A stretch of 64,000 bases of DNA from an uncultured Gammaproteobacteria bacterium (GCA_964446685.1 CAYUPO010000004.1:20164-84163), one strand, 5' to 3'; shown: positions 29,645-40,645, counted from the first letter of the stretch. A program made the numbers and translations. The notes: generated by a model from the letters alone, not told the origin.

Positions 29645-30618
29645 CCCCTTCCTTTCATCCTCAGCACTTTCAAAACAGCTTTTTTAATGTCTTTATGGGT
29701 CAGGCCAAAATGTTTCATCAGCTCTATTGGCTCGCCGCTTTCACCAAAGCTGTCTTCGATCCCTATTCTGACTACAGGAACCGGATGATGTTCAGCTACA
29801 AGTTCTGCCACAGCTGAACCGAGTCCTCCGGCTTTTTGATGTTCTTCAGCTGTCACAATTGCTCCAGTCTCCTCAGCTGCTGCCAAAATAGTTTTCTGAT
29901 CAAGTGGTTTAATTGTGTGATTGTTAATAACCCGCACAGAAATATGATTTTCTTCTAACTCTTTAGCAGCCAAAAGAGCCTGGTAAACCATTACTCCACA
30001 AGCAATAATAGTAACGTCTTTTCCTTCTTTAAATACTTCAGCTTTACCAATTTCAAATGGTGTTTCTTCAGTAGTTACAACCTGAGATTTATCCCGGGAT
30101 AACCTGATATATGAAGGTTTCCCGTTTCTGGCAATTGCCTGAGTTGCTTTCTTTGCTTCAATTGCATCAGCCGGACAAACAACCACCATGTTTGGCAATA
30201 CCCGCATAATTGCCAGATCTTCCAGTGCCTGATGCGTCGCACCATCTGGACCAACTGAAATCCCAGCATGAGAACCAACAATTTTGACAGGCTGATCGTT
30301 ATAACAAATAGTAGTCCGGATCTGCTCCCAGTTTCTTCCAGGAGAAAAAGTCGCATAAGACGCCACAAATGGAATCTTCCCCACAGCCGCCATACCGGCA
30401 CCAACAGTCACCAAGTTTTGCTCAGCAACACCAACCTCAACAAATCGCTCTGGAAACTTTTTCTTAAATCCTTCCATCCGAGTTGATTCAGTCAGATCAG
30501 CACACAGAGCCACCACATTCTTATCAGCCTCCCCAGCCAACACCAACCCCTCACCAAAACCATTCCTTGTCGGAACCTGTTCAACATCTTCATCAAATAA
30601 TTTAGGATTTAATTTCAT
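29635..30618 (-). CDS. transketolase, C-terminal subunit
   Basis: ADLTEST, GVAEQN, GPDGATHQ, EEH...GGLG, FGESG. Confidence 0.95.
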   Translation of the reverse strand: MKLNPKLFDEDVEQVPTRNGFGEGLVLAGEADKNVVALCADLTESTRMEGFKKKFPERFVEVGVAEQNLVTVGAGMAAVGKIPFVASYATFSPGRNWEQIRTTICYNDQPVKIVGSHAGISVGPDGATHQALEDLAIMRVLPNMVVVCPADAIEAKKATQAIARNGKPSYIRLSRDKSQVVTTEETPFEIGKAEVFKEGKDVTIIACGVMVYQALLAAKELEENHISVRVINNHTIKPLDQKTILAAAEETGAIVTAEEHQKAGGLGSAVAELVAEHHPVPVVRIGIEDSFGESGEPIELMKHFGLTHKDIKKAVLKVLRMKGRGNF

Positions 30619-30635
30619 GACAAAAACCTCCATTT

Positions 30636-30718
30636 GTCATCCTGAACTCTACCCTTGTCATCCTGAACTCGTTTCAGGATCTTCCCATGGGTAGTATCCG
30701 AAACAAGTTCGGAATGAC
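30636..30718. repeat. GTCAT...ATGAC REP-like palindrome with duplicated left end
   Basis: gtcatcctgaactc twice, ...gaaacaagttcggaatgac. Confidence 0.75.
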
Positions 30719-30744
30719 AGATATTTGAAGATAAAAGTAAAGAT

Positions 30745-31632
30745 TTATTCATGCTCACTCCTAATTTTTCCTCTTAATGTCCTTAACTCTTTCAACGCTT
30801 CTTTAGCCTGCTCACCTTTTTTAGGAGCGCCTGGTACATCTGCAAGATCCGGTGGATTGCCATGCCATTTGTAATCATTTTCCATAAAATCAACCCCTTT
30901 TCCAGGAATAGTATGAGCAATGATCATTGTTGGCTTTCCATGAATTGCTTTCGCTTGTTCCGCCGCATCGACAATCTGCTGCATATTATGGCCATCAATC
31001 TCCAGCACATGCCAGCCAAAAGCTTCGTATTTATCTTTCAGTGAATCAAGCGGCATGATGTCTTCAGTAAAGCCATCTATCTGAATATTATTGCGATCCA
31101 TTATCGCCACTAAGTTATCCAGCTTATATTTAGCTGCAAACATCACAGCTTCCCAGGTATTGCCCTCATCGTGTTCACCATCACTGGTCAGGCAATAAAC
31201 CCGCCAGGGCTCATCATCCATTTTCCCAGCCAAAGCCATGCCAGCAGCTTGAGAAAGTCCTGATCCAAGCGGACCTGAAGTTGTTTCTAGTCCAGGCAAT
31301 GTTCCACGATGGGGATGTCCCTGAAGTTTAGTACCAAATTTACGTAATGTGGAAAGTTTTGAAACAGGAAAAAAACCGGCATGAGCCATAGTGCAATATA
31401 AAACCGGACAGATATGCCCATTTGATAAAACTAACCGATCACGCAGCTCCCACTCAGGTTGTTTTGGGTCAACATGCAGTAATTCAAAATACAAAGCAGT
31501 AAAAATATCAGCCATTCCCAAAGGTCCGGCCGAATGCCCGGAACCTGCTTCAACCAGCATCTTAATAATATCCTGACGGATAGTATTAGCTTTAAGTTCA
31601 AGTTCTTTGATACGGGAGTCAGTCAGTGACAT
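30745..31632 (-). CDS. transketolase, N-terminal subunit
   Basis: GSGH, DRLVLSNGH, LQGHP, SDGEHDEG..WEA TPP motif. Confidence 0.95.
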   Translation of the reverse strand: MSLTDSRIKELELKANTIRQDIIKMLVEAGSGHSAGPLGMADIFTALYFELLHVDPKQPEWELRDRLVLSNGHICPVLYCTMAHAGFFPVSKLSTLRKFGTKLQGHPHRGTLPGLETTSGPLGSGLSQAAGMALAGKMDDEPWRVYCLTSDGEHDEGNTWEAVMFAAKYKLDNLVAIMDRNNIQIDGFTEDIMPLDSLKDKYEAFGWHVLEIDGHNMQQIVDAAEQAKAIHGKPTMIIAHTIPGKGVDFMENDYKWHGNPPDLADVPGAPKKGEQAKEALKELRTLRGKIRSEHE

Positions 31633-31746
31633 AGGCAGTAACTTTAGCTTACCGCTTTTAGCTTTTAGCGTCCAGCCCTAAGCAAACCCACCGTCTGTGA
31701 TAGCACTGGGAGCAAGACCTTAAGTTACTTGGTATCAGAACGTACC

Positions 31747-31909
31747 GTCATTGCGAGGAGTGGATTCGACAAGCTCACCACGACGAAGCAATCTCGCAAC
31801 CAAGAATGAACTTAGTAAATTAGTTGATTCTTAGAAGCAGATTGCCGCGCGTTAATTCTTAGTATATTCGCTCGCCACGATCAGTTTCATGATTGTGGCT
31901 CGCAATGAC
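31747..31909. repeat. GTCATTGCGAG REP-like palindrome with nested mini-hairpin insertions
   Basis: gtcattgcgaggag...cgaagcaatct ... agattgccgcg...ctcgcaatgac. Confidence 0.75.
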
Positions 31910-31983
31910 GTTTCTTATTATTTGAGTTTTTAATACTTTGAATTTGTCTCGAATTTCGTACTTCGTAGTTAGAATTTAATCTA

Positions 31984-32661
31984 CTAGTTCATATAATTAG
32001 CAGAATCTTTTCTGGTTGTTTTAACATGGTCTCCATGATCTCCCCGCTGCAGCTCTTTTTCAAAGTCTTTTATAGCTTCAAGCACCTCTTCCGGAGATTC
32101 AACAATTTTAAAAACTTTACCTTCATCTTTTCTCATATGCATATTTTCCTGAAAAGCTTTGATGATCTTTTTCCAGAATTTTCCATATAAAATAAGCGGC
32201 TTATGATGACCAAAATAAAGTCTTGCGAGCCCCCAGGCCATGGCAAATTCTGAAATAGTACCAGTACCTCCATTAAAGACCACATATATCTGCCCTTCCC
32301 GCATCAGTGTTAAAGTCCGCTCAACATAACTGTCTGTTTTAATCTCCTCATCCATCACATTATCTTTGGATTTTCCCTCAAAATGCTTCATATCTTTAGG
32401 ATAAAGAGTCACACCGGTAACTCGTCCTCCTCCGGCTTTAGCCCCCAGTGTAGCTGCCAGCATGATTCCAGGGCCTCCGCCGTCAACTACTTCATAACCT
32501 GCTTCTGCCAACATCCGACATGTTTCGAAACAGTCTTTAAATTCCTGATCTTCAGGTTTACTGTCAGCATAGCCAAAGATAGCTACATGTGAGATAGATG
32601 GAGCTTTTTCTATTTTTTGTTTTTTACCCAAGAGCTTCCCAAATTTTTTCAAGATTTTCAT
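31984..32661 (-). CDS. LOG family protein
   Basis: GGGPGIM.A...GA, ER..L, GGTGTISE. Confidence 0.88.
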   Translation of the reverse strand: MKILKKFGKLLGKKQKIEKAPSISHVAIFGYADSKPEDQEFKDCFETCRMLAEAGYEVVDGGGPGIMLAATLGAKAGGGRVTGVTLYPKDMKHFEGKSKDNVMDEEIKTDSYVERTLTLMREGQIYVVFNGGTGTISEFAMAWGLARLYFGHHKPLILYGKFWKKIIKAFQENMHMRKDEGKVFKIVESPEEVLEAIKDFEKELQRGDHGDHVKTTRKDSANYMN

Positions 32662-33256
32662 CAATATCTCCTTTCTGTAAATACGAACCAATTACCAGCC
32701 TTTCGGCTCCCGCTTCAATTAGTTTTAAGGCTGTTTCCAGATTAACACTGCCATCAACAGCCACTACTCCAACCATTTTTGAGGCATCTTTCACTTTATC
32801 ATATGTAGTTAAGAGAAAAGACTGACCTTGTTTGCCAGGATGGATCGCCATTACCTGCAAAACCTCAATTTTTTCAGAATATTTTTTTACCTCTTCTAAA
32901 GAAGTCTCCGGATTTATTGCCAAACCAGCAGACATCTCAGATTGTAAAATTAAATCCAAAGTCTCCATTACTTTTTCAGCTTCCAGATGAATAATAACCC
33001 GCTCAAAACCCTGCTCTTTCAGATCTTTGATCCAGTCAATCGGATTTTTAACCATTAAATGAGCTTCTTTGTGAAAAGGAATTTCCTGCGTTGCCAAGGA
33101 TGATGGCTGAATACTTTTTGTTTCAACCAGTTCGCCATCCATAAAATCAATATGCACCCATCCATCTTCCAAAGCCGACGCACTTTTCAGCTTGTTCAGC
33201 TGCTCAGAAAATTCAGATTCATTTGTAGCCAAAATTGCGGGAATTAGTGTAACCAT
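32624..33256 (-). CDS. rpe: ribulose-phosphate 3-epimerase
   Basis: HIDFMDG, HLMV, IHLE, AINPET, PGKQGQ, VDGSVN. Confidence 0.92.
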   Translation of the reverse strand: MVTLIPAILATNESEFSEQLNKLKSASALEDGWVHIDFMDGELVETKSIQPSSLATQEIPFHKEAHLMVKNPIDWIKDLKEQGFERVIIHLEAEKVMETLDLILQSEMSAGLAINPETSLEEVKKYSEKIEVLQVMAIHPGKQGQSFLLTTYDKVKDASKMVGVVAVDGSVNLETALKLIEAGAERLVIGSYLQKGDIDENLEKIWEALG

Positions 33257-33260
33257 AAGA

Positions 33261-33366
33261 CAATTTGAAATTCACAATTTGAAATTTGAAGTTAATTTGA
33301 AATCTTTAAAATTTAATTTTGAAAACCAACTTTTCAATTCAAATTTCAAATTTCAAATTTCAAATT
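33261..33366. repeat. tttgaaa/tttcaaa heptamer palindromic element between rpiB and rpe
   Basis: aatttgaaatt repeats opposed to (aatttca)n. Confidence 0.75.
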
Positions 33367-33823
33367 ATTTTAATCTATACTGCTCTAGCTCTTTTAGCTT
33401 ATTTATCCGTCTAATATGTCTTTCTTCACCTGTGAAAGCGGTATTTAAAAATGTTTTTACCATCTCATAAGCAGTATCAGCTATCAGTACATCTGAAGCT
33501 AAACAGATGATATTGGCATCCTCATGTTCTCTGGACTGAGCAGCTCTTTTTTCATCAAATACCAGGCAGGATCTGACCCCCTTAACTTTATTTGCCGCCA
33601 TATCCACTCCAACTCCGGATCCGCAAATTAAAACCCCCTTGCTATCTGAATCCTCCGCAACAGCCTGTCCGACTGCCTGAGCATAATCAACATAATCATC
33701 GGCCGGATCCAAGTTTTCATTTCCCATATCTTCATATTCCAGTCCGTCAGCATCCATCCGCCTTTTTAGCTCTTCTTTTAATTCGAATCCTCTGTGATCA
33801 GCTCCGATATAAATCATGAACAT
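33365..33823 (-). CDS. rpiB: ribose-5-phosphate isomerase B
   Basis: GADHRG, ICGSGVG..MAANKVKGVR, REHEDAN, RHIRR. Confidence 0.95.
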   Translation of the reverse strand: MFMIYIGADHRGFELKEELKRRMDADGLEYEDMGNENLDPADDYVDYAQAVGQAVAEDSDSKGVLICGSGVGVDMAANKVKGVRSCLVFDEKRAAQSREHEDANIICLASDVLIADTAYEMVKTFLNTAFTGEERHIRRINKLKELEQYRLK

Positions 33824-34103
33824 AGCTTAGAACTTTTAGCTTTTAGTGTAAAGGGGCTGAAGATCGTCACCTATCTTCAGCGGGTGAAATACAACCACTC
33901 CGCACAGCGGAAACATAAAATACTTTTCACACAGAGATAGAGGAACTAACGCAGAGTATTAAAAATTTCCCTCATTTTTTTCCACGAAAAACCCCGCACG
34001 TAGCGGGGATTCTCGAGAACTCACTATTCAAGTAAGCTTGTTTAAAGTATCAATTTTTAAGACTTAGGTCAAGTACTACAAAATATATCATTTGGGACAA
34101 TAC

Positions 34104-34345
34104 GTCATTGCGAAGCAAGAACTTGTTCATTGCGAGGAGCGAAGCGACGTGGCAATCTCTCCTCTGCCTGTCATTCTGGCAACATAAATAGATTGACTGG
34201 AATAAAATAAGCCTTAACAATCAGCTGTCCAGAATCTTAACTAAGTTTGATTCTGGACAAGCCAGAATGACAATAGTTAATTGATTACCTGCATGTCTAC
34301 CGATAGGTTGCGCGTTGATTCTTAGTAATTTTGCTCCGCAATGAT
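34104..34345. repeat. nested REP-like palindromes (GTCATTGCG type enclosing a GTCATTCTGG type)
   Basis: gtcattgcga..gcaatct, gtcattctggc...gattctggacaagccagaatgac, ..ctccgcaatga. Confidence 0.7.
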
Positions 34346-34436
34346 GAATTAGACTCCTTGAATTTCTTACACTGAATTGTTACTATAAAAACCAAATATA
34401 AACCGTAACTCTGCCTTATGTTGTGACACATGACGC

Positions 34437-35879
34437 ATGATACATGACTCACCAACTATGCCGCTGCCCAGCACACTCGTATTTCTTGACACTGAAACCA
34501 CCGGCGGAAGCCTGAGGACTGACCGGGTGATTGAGATCGGTATGCTTCGGGTGGAAAACGGTAAAGTTGTCAAAAAGTTTACTTCACTGATCAACCCTCA
34601 AAGATATGTCCCGCCGGAGATTGAAATGCTGACAGGTATTTCCGGAGCTATGGTAGACACTGCTCCAACTTTCTTTGAACTAAAAGATCAAATTCTGGAA
34701 ATGATGGAAGATGCTGTTTTTGTAGCCCATAATGCCCGGTTTGATTATGGATTTATTAAGACCGAATTTAAAAGGTTGGGAATAAATTTTTCTGCTAAAC
34801 ACTTATGCACTGTCAAACTTTCCCGCAATTTATATCCCCAATACAGTCATCACAATCTTTCAATACTAATCGAACGGCATGGATTCACAATTGAGAACCG
34901 CCACCGGGCTTTTGATGATGCTGAAGTACTTTGGAAGTTTTACCAGAAAATCCAGACAGAATTTCCAGCCGAACTAATTGAAGCTGCCGTCAGTAAAGCT
35001 CAAAAAAGACCAAGTATTCCGACCGGCCTTTCCGGAGATGATCTGGATGCCTTGCCGGAAAATCCCGGAGTTTATATTTTTTATGGAGAAAGTGGAATCC
35101 CACTCTATGTTGGAAAAAGCGTTAATATCAGGGACCGGGTTTTATCTCATTTTGCCGCTGATCACACCTCATCCCTGGAACTTAAAATTACCCAGCAAAT
35201 CAAATCAATCGAAACCATTCAGACCGAAGGAGAACTGGGAGCATTGCTTAAAGAAGCCTATTTGGTTAAAAAATTGCAACCACTTTATAACCGGAGGCTT
35301 CGTCAGAAAAATAAATTATTAGTCCTGAAATATAGCGAAAATGAACAGGGTTACTTTAGTTGTAACTATGGTATTCAAGACAATATAGACCCACAGGAAA
35401 TAGACAAGATTATCGGTGTTTTCAGAAGCAAAAAGTCTCTGCAGGAATTTCTCTTTTCAATTGCCAAAGAGCATAATTTATGTGAGAAATTACTTGGTGT
35501 AGATAAGACATCTTCTAGCTGCTTTGGATACCGTTTAGGAAGGTGTAAAGGAGCTTGCAGCAATAAAGAAAAACCTTTGTTTTACAATTTTAGATTTATG
35601 GAAATAATCGGTAAAATGAAGTTTAAAAAGTGGCCGTTTGAACAGCCAATTGTGATCGATGATTACAGCAATGACGGAACAACCAGGGACAGTTTTATTA
35701 TCAACAACTGGTGTGTTATCGGCAAAATGAATACCTCCAGTAACAAACTTGAAACAACTTTAGATATTGGTTTTAACCTGGATACTTATAAGATTCTAAA
35801 CTCCTGTCTGAACAAACCAAAGTACGCCAAACACATCCGCACCATCAACCAGGACCAAATGCAGTTGTTTCAGATTTAA
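34437..35879 (+). CDS. DnaQ-like 3'-5' exonuclease fused to a UvrC/Cho-type GIY-YIG domain
   Basis: DTETTG, AHNARFD, HRAFDDA; PGVY..YVGKS.NIRDRVLSHF, E...KKLQPLYN. Confidence 0.92.
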   Translation: MIHDSPTMPLPSTLVFLDTETTGGSLRTDRVIEIGMLRVENGKVVKKFTSLINPQRYVPPEIEMLTGISGAMVDTAPTFFELKDQILEMMEDAVFVAHNARFDYGFIKTEFKRLGINFSAKHLCTVKLSRNLYPQYSHHNLSILIERHGFTIENRHRAFDDAEVLWKFYQKIQTEFPAELIEAAVSKAQKRPSIPTGLSGDDLDALPENPGVYIFYGESGIPLYVGKSVNIRDRVLSHFAADHTSSLELKITQQIKSIETIQTEGELGALLKEAYLVKKLQPLYNRRLRQKNKLLVLKYSENEQGYFSCNYGIQDNIDPQEIDKIIGVFRSKKSLQEFLFSIAKEHNLCEKLLGVDKTSSSCFGYRLGRCKGACSNKEKPLFYNFRFMEIIGKMKFKKWPFEQPIVIDDYSNDGTTRDSFIINNWCVIGKMNTSSNKLETTLDIGFNLDTYKILNSCLNKPKYAKHIRTINQDQMQLFQI

Positions 35880-36031
35880 AGTTTCCTATTTATCTTCTTT
35901 GTCATTCTGAAGCAAAGCTGAATAATATAATTCGAACCTACTTTTATAATCTTGTGTCTTTCACGATTGTTCAGCTTGGTTACTCTTATAAAACTTGCTA
36001 AGATAATCTAGTTAATTTTCCTGACAAATTT

Positions 36032-38665
36032 ATGCACGAATTTACCACTCCAATGATGAAACAATATATGGAAATTAAAAAACAGTATCAGGACTGTTTA
36101 CTGTTTTTCCGGATGGGAGATTTTTATGAACTATTTCTGGAAGATGCGCAGACTGGGGCAGAGGTATTAAATATTACCCTGACCGGCAGACCAAAAGGCA
36201 AAGACGGCAGAATTCCGATGGCCGGAGTTCCCTATCACGCGGTTGATATCTATCTGAATAAACTAGTCAAAGCCGGTTACAAAGTTGCCATTTGTGAACA
36301 GGTCAGCCTGCCCAATAAATACGGTATTATCGATCGCGAAGTTGTCAGGGTTGTCACTCCAGGAACAATACTGGATGAAAATGCTCTTGCCAAAAAAGAA
36401 AACAATTATATTGTCAGTTTAAATATTGAAAGTGGCACACTGGCCATATCATATGCAGATCTATCAACCGGTTTTTTTGCCGGATTTGAAAAAGAGATTG
36501 GGGAAAATATCGAACTAATTCATCAGGAAATCTCCAAAATCCATCCTGTTGAATGCATCCTGCCGGATGAGTTATATAACGATCCCGATGTTTTAAAAAT
36601 CTTAAGCCGTCAGAAAGGACTAAATTTATACTCATTTCAGGAATGGAATACATTTAGTACTCGTTCACATGAAGTACTCAAAGACTGTTTTGGCGTAAAA
36701 ACGCTAACTGCTTTTTCTCTGGATACCAAACCACTTCTGGCTCAGACAGCTGCAGCATTATTGGGATATTTCCAGCAGACCCAAAAAGCGGCTTTATCTC
36801 ATTTGAAAAAGTTTACTTATTTAAATGATGAAGATGTTTTATCACTGGACCGTTCAACCATTATTAACCTGGAACTTTTCTCCACAATCAGAGAACACGA
36901 CACAAAAGGCTCACTACTATTTGTCTTAGACCAGACAATTACTGCCATGGGCGGAAGGCTCCTCAAATCCTGGATCTCAAAACCTTTATCCCACAAAGAT
37001 GCGATTGAAGAGCGGTTTGATGCTGTTTCGGAAATCAACCAGACCAGTTCTCTTAAAGAAGATTTAAGAGATCAGTTAAAACAAATACCAGATATTGAAA
37101 GACTGCTTTCCCGGTTAAGTTTAAATTTAGGAAACGCCCGGGATATCGTCAATTTAAAAAACGCTCTTTTAATAATTCTGCAGGTAAAAAAATCTTTGCA
37201 CCAGACAAGATCCACCCTACTTAAGAAAACCATCAAAAACATCACTGAAAAACTATCTGAAGTTTGCTCACTTGTAGAAGCCAATATTGTTGATGAGCCA
37301 CCGATAGATACCAAATCAGGCGGAATTTTTAAAAGAGGCTTTAATTCAAAACTAGATGCACTTTATCATTCGATATCTAAAAGCAAAGATTGGGTTGCCA
37401 ATCTGGAAAAAGATGAAAGAGAAAGAACAGGTATCGGCTCTCTTAAAGTAAGGTTTAATAAAGTTTTTGGTTACTACATCGAAATCAGCAAATCAAATGT
37501 CAGTTTAGCTCCGGACAATTATCACCGCAAACAAACACTGGTCAATGGCGAACGTTTTATAACAGATGAATTAAAACATCATGAAGAAATTATTCTGACT
37601 GCTGAGGAAAAAATTAATGCTTTAGAGTATGAATTATTTTTAAAAACACTAAACCAAATCATATCTTTCACATCTGCAATCCAGGAAAGTGCCCAGGCCA
37701 TTGCCACAATTGATTGTTTAGCAAACTTTGCTTATCTAGCTGAAAAAGAAAAATATCAAAGGCCAAAACTAATCCTGTCCGGCGAAATGACGATCAAAAA
37801 TGGTCGCCATCCGGTGGTTGAAAAACTGTTAGACAGCGGACAGTTTGTGCCAAATGATGTTTTTTTTGACAAATCAAAAGCCCAGTTGCTACTAATAACC
37901 GGACCAAATATGGCCGGCAAATCTGTTTTTATTCGTCAAATTGCACTCATTACTCTGATGGCCCAAATCGGCTGCTTTGTCCCAGCAGAATCAGCAATCA
38001 TCACTCCGGTTGACCGGATCTTTGTCAGATCAGGCGCTTCCGATGTAATTACTTCCGGTCTTTCAACTTTCATGGTTGAAATGGTCGAAACAGCCTACAT
38101 CCTCAATAACTCAACTGAAAAAAGCCTAATTGTCATGGATGAAATAGGCCGGGGTACCAGCACTTACGATGGCATTTCACTGGCCTGGGCAATTGCTGAA
38201 TACTTAGTCACTCATTTTAAAATTCCACCTAAAACACTTTTTGCCACTCACTATCATGAACTACAAAAACTGGAAACATTTTTCCCCAGATCAGTCAAAA
38301 ATTATTCAATGGCCGTTGTTCAAAATGATGATCAACCAATTTTTCTTTATACAATTACACCTGAAGCCGCATCTCATTCTTTTGGAGTTGCAGTAGCCAA
38401 ACTAGCAGGGATTCCACCGGAAGTAATTCTTAACGCCACACAAAAATTAGGCAATCTTGAATCAAATAGTTCATATATTTCTCATGAAAAAACAGAGACC
38501 ACAGAAGACACAAATACCCTACTTGCCCGTGTCTTATTAAAAGAACTGGAAACAGTTGATATCTCCCTCATGACCCCACTGGAAGCACTAAATAAACTTT
38601 CTGAAATAAAAAATAAACTAAAACTCCTTCAGACTACCCATGATTCACTAATAAACACAAATTAG
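36032..38665 (+). CDS. mutS: DNA mismatch repair protein MutS
   Basis: TPMMKQY, GDFYELF, TGPNMAGKS, STFMVEM, DEIGRGT, FATHYHEL. Confidence 0.97.
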   Translation: MHEFTTPMMKQYMEIKKQYQDCLLFFRMGDFYELFLEDAQTGAEVLNITLTGRPKGKDGRIPMAGVPYHAVDIYLNKLVKAGYKVAICEQVSLPNKYGIIDREVVRVVTPGTILDENALAKKENNYIVSLNIESGTLAISYADLSTGFFAGFEKEIGENIELIHQEISKIHPVECILPDELYNDPDVLKILSRQKGLNLYSFQEWNTFSTRSHEVLKDCFGVKTLTAFSLDTKPLLAQTAAALLGYFQQTQKAALSHLKKFTYLNDEDVLSLDRSTIINLELFSTIREHDTKGSLLFVLDQTITAMGGRLLKSWISKPLSHKDAIEERFDAVSEINQTSSLKEDLRDQLKQIPDIERLLSRLSLNLGNARDIVNLKNALLIILQVKKSLHQTRSTLLKKTIKNITEKLSEVCSLVEANIVDEPPIDTKSGGIFKRGFNSKLDALYHSISKSKDWVANLEKDERERTGIGSLKVRFNKVFGYYIEISKSNVSLAPDNYHRKQTLVNGERFITDELKHHEEIILTAEEKINALEYELFLKTLNQIISFTSAIQESAQAIATIDCLANFAYLAEKEKYQRPKLILSGEMTIKNGRHPVVEKLLDSGQFVPNDVFFDKSKAQLLLITGPNMAGKSVFIRQIALITLMAQIGCFVPAESAIITPVDRIFVRSGASDVITSGLSTFMVEMVETAYILNNSTEKSLIVMDEIGRGTSTYDGISLAWAIAEYLVTHFKIPPKTLFATHYHELQKLETFFPRSVKNYSMAVVQNDDQPIFLYTITPEAASHSFGVAVAKLAGIPPEVILNATQKLGNLESNSSYISHEKTETTEDTNTLLARVLLKELETVDISLMTPLEALNKLSEIKNKLKLLQTTHDSLINTN

Positions 38666-38676
38666 GACAGATAGGC

Positions 38677-38751
38677 GTCATTCCCGCGAAAGCGGGAATC
38701 TGCAGTGTCTACTCTTAGGTATTTACAGATTCCCCTTTTCAGGGGAATGAC
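38677..38751. repeat. GTCATTCCCGC REP-like palindrome between mutS and mutL
   Basis: gtcattcccgcgaaagcgggaatct ... agattccccttttcaggggaatgac. Confidence 0.8.
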
Positions 38752-38764
38752 GTAATCTATTACC

Positions 38765-40414
38765 ATGAAAACAATTCACAAACTAACTCCTTCCCAAATT
38801 GCCAAAATAGCCGCCGGTGAAGTTATTGAAAAACCAGCTTTTGCAGTCAAAGAACTAATTGAAAATTCACTTGATGCCCAGTCAAAACATATCCAGATTT
38901 TTATTGAGGAGGGTGGTCTTAAAAAAATTCTGATCATTGATGATGGTGTAGGTATGTCTGAAGAAGACCTCAAAGAATGTTTCAAACTACATACCACCAG
39001 CAAAGTCACACAGGATGATTCTTTAAATGCCATCAGATCAATGGGTTTTCGGGGTGAAGCTTTGGCCTCTCTGGCTTCCATCAGCCGGATGTCACTTCAA
39101 AGCCGGACAAATAAAGCTCCCTCCGGAACCAAAATCACACTTGCAGAAGGGAAATTATTATCCTCCTCTCCTATTGGCATGCCTTACGGCACCCAAATTG
39201 AGATCAGAGATCTCTTTTACTCTGTTCCAGGCAGAAAAAAATTTATGGAAAATCCCCAAAAGGAATACCGGACTATCCTGGATTGGGTTATCCGGATCGC
39301 CTTAGCCAATCCAACCATTCGTTTTACACTAACTCACAATAAAAAATTAGTCTTTGACCTGCCAGGTGATCAGGAAGTTATGGATCGGCTTAAATATTTT
39401 CTGAAGGAAGATTTTAAACTTTTACCTATTAATTTCGAAGATACTTATGTCAATATCAGCGGCTTTACTTCCTCAGCTTCTATTTCAACTTCCAGTTCAT
39501 CCAAACAGTTTATCTTTGTTAACAACCGCCCAATAACCGATAAATTAGTTTCAACAGCCATCAAAGAGGCATATGGTACAACAATTGAACACAATAAATA
39601 TCCAATTTATTTTATCCATATCTCTGTCCCACCGGAAATGGTAGATGTAAATGTTCACCCCAGAAAAGAGCAAGTAAATTTACTCAATCGTCAATTAATT
39701 TTTGATCAGGTCCAAAAAGCTATTTTCCAGACTTTGCAGATAAGTCATCCCTTATCTGAGATTTCAAAGCCCCCCTCTATTACAAAATCGTTTGCCGGAG
39801 AGATTTTAAGGGGTCAGGACGAATTATTTATGCTGGAAAAAAAATTCGTCAACTTAGATAAAATATTACAAATACATGATTTATTTTTATTAATTCAGGC
39901 ACAAAATGGACTAATTATTGTTGATCAACATGCTGCACATGAGCGAATTTTATATGAACAATTTAAAAAAGATTTTGAAAATAAAAAAAATAAAAAATTT
40001 AAACTTTTACACCCTCTAAAACCAGAATTTTCGATACTGGAAAATCAAATTCTGTTAGAAAACAAGGGATTTCTGGAAAATCTCGGATTTTCAGTAAATT
40101 TTAAAACAGGTACATCTATTACTCATATTCCGGAGTTACTAAAGGATCGAAATATTACCGAAATCCTAACCGAATTCATTGAACAGATCATTCAAGAAAA
40201 AAGTATTTCAATAGACTTAAAATCAGACCAGCTGCTGAAATATCTAGCCTGTAGAAGTGCAATCAAATCAGGCGATAGAATAGACACAAAACAGGCAAAA
40301 TCTCTGGTTGAAAAGCTATTTCAAACCCCAAACCACACCCACTGCCCCCACGGCCGCCCAACCTTCATTCTTCAACCGCTAAAGGAATTAAATAAACAGT
40401 TTAAACGTTTCTAG
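38765..40414 (+). CDS. mutL: DNA mismatch repair endonuclease MutL
   Basis: IAAGEVIE, GFRGEAL, DVNVHP, DQHAAHERILYE, ACR, CPHGRP. Confidence 0.97.
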   Translation: MKTIHKLTPSQIAKIAAGEVIEKPAFAVKELIENSLDAQSKHIQIFIEEGGLKKILIIDDGVGMSEEDLKECFKLHTTSKVTQDDSLNAIRSMGFRGEALASLASISRMSLQSRTNKAPSGTKITLAEGKLLSSSPIGMPYGTQIEIRDLFYSVPGRKKFMENPQKEYRTILDWVIRIALANPTIRFTLTHNKKLVFDLPGDQEVMDRLKYFLKEDFKLLPINFEDTYVNISGFTSSASISTSSSSKQFIFVNNRPITDKLVSTAIKEAYGTTIEHNKYPIYFIHISVPPEMVDVNVHPRKEQVNLLNRQLIFDQVQKAIFQTLQISHPLSEISKPPSITKSFAGEILRGQDELFMLEKKFVNLDKILQIHDLFLLIQAQNGLIIVDQHAAHERILYEQFKKDFENKKNKKFKLLHPLKPEFSILENQILLENKGFLENLGFSVNFKTGTSITHIPELLKDRNITEILTEFIEQIIQEKSISIDLKSDQLLKYLACRSAIKSGDRIDTKQAKSLVEKLFQTPNHTHCPHGRPTFILQPLKELNKQFKRF

Positions 40415-40645
40415 CATTTGTAATACTGCCTCTGACATTCATATCTACTTCGCCAAAGGCTTTGCCAGACAAGCACAGGCATAAATTCAAATATAACTTA
40501 GATAATAGATTGACAGATGATTGTTTTTACAGTATTGTTTTACTCCAGAGAGATGAATATCTGGAAATCAAAAAACAATTTAAATATTTTTTCCCACTAG
40601 AGCCACAGGGCTCTTTTTTTTTGGAAAAATAGTTAGAAAACATAT

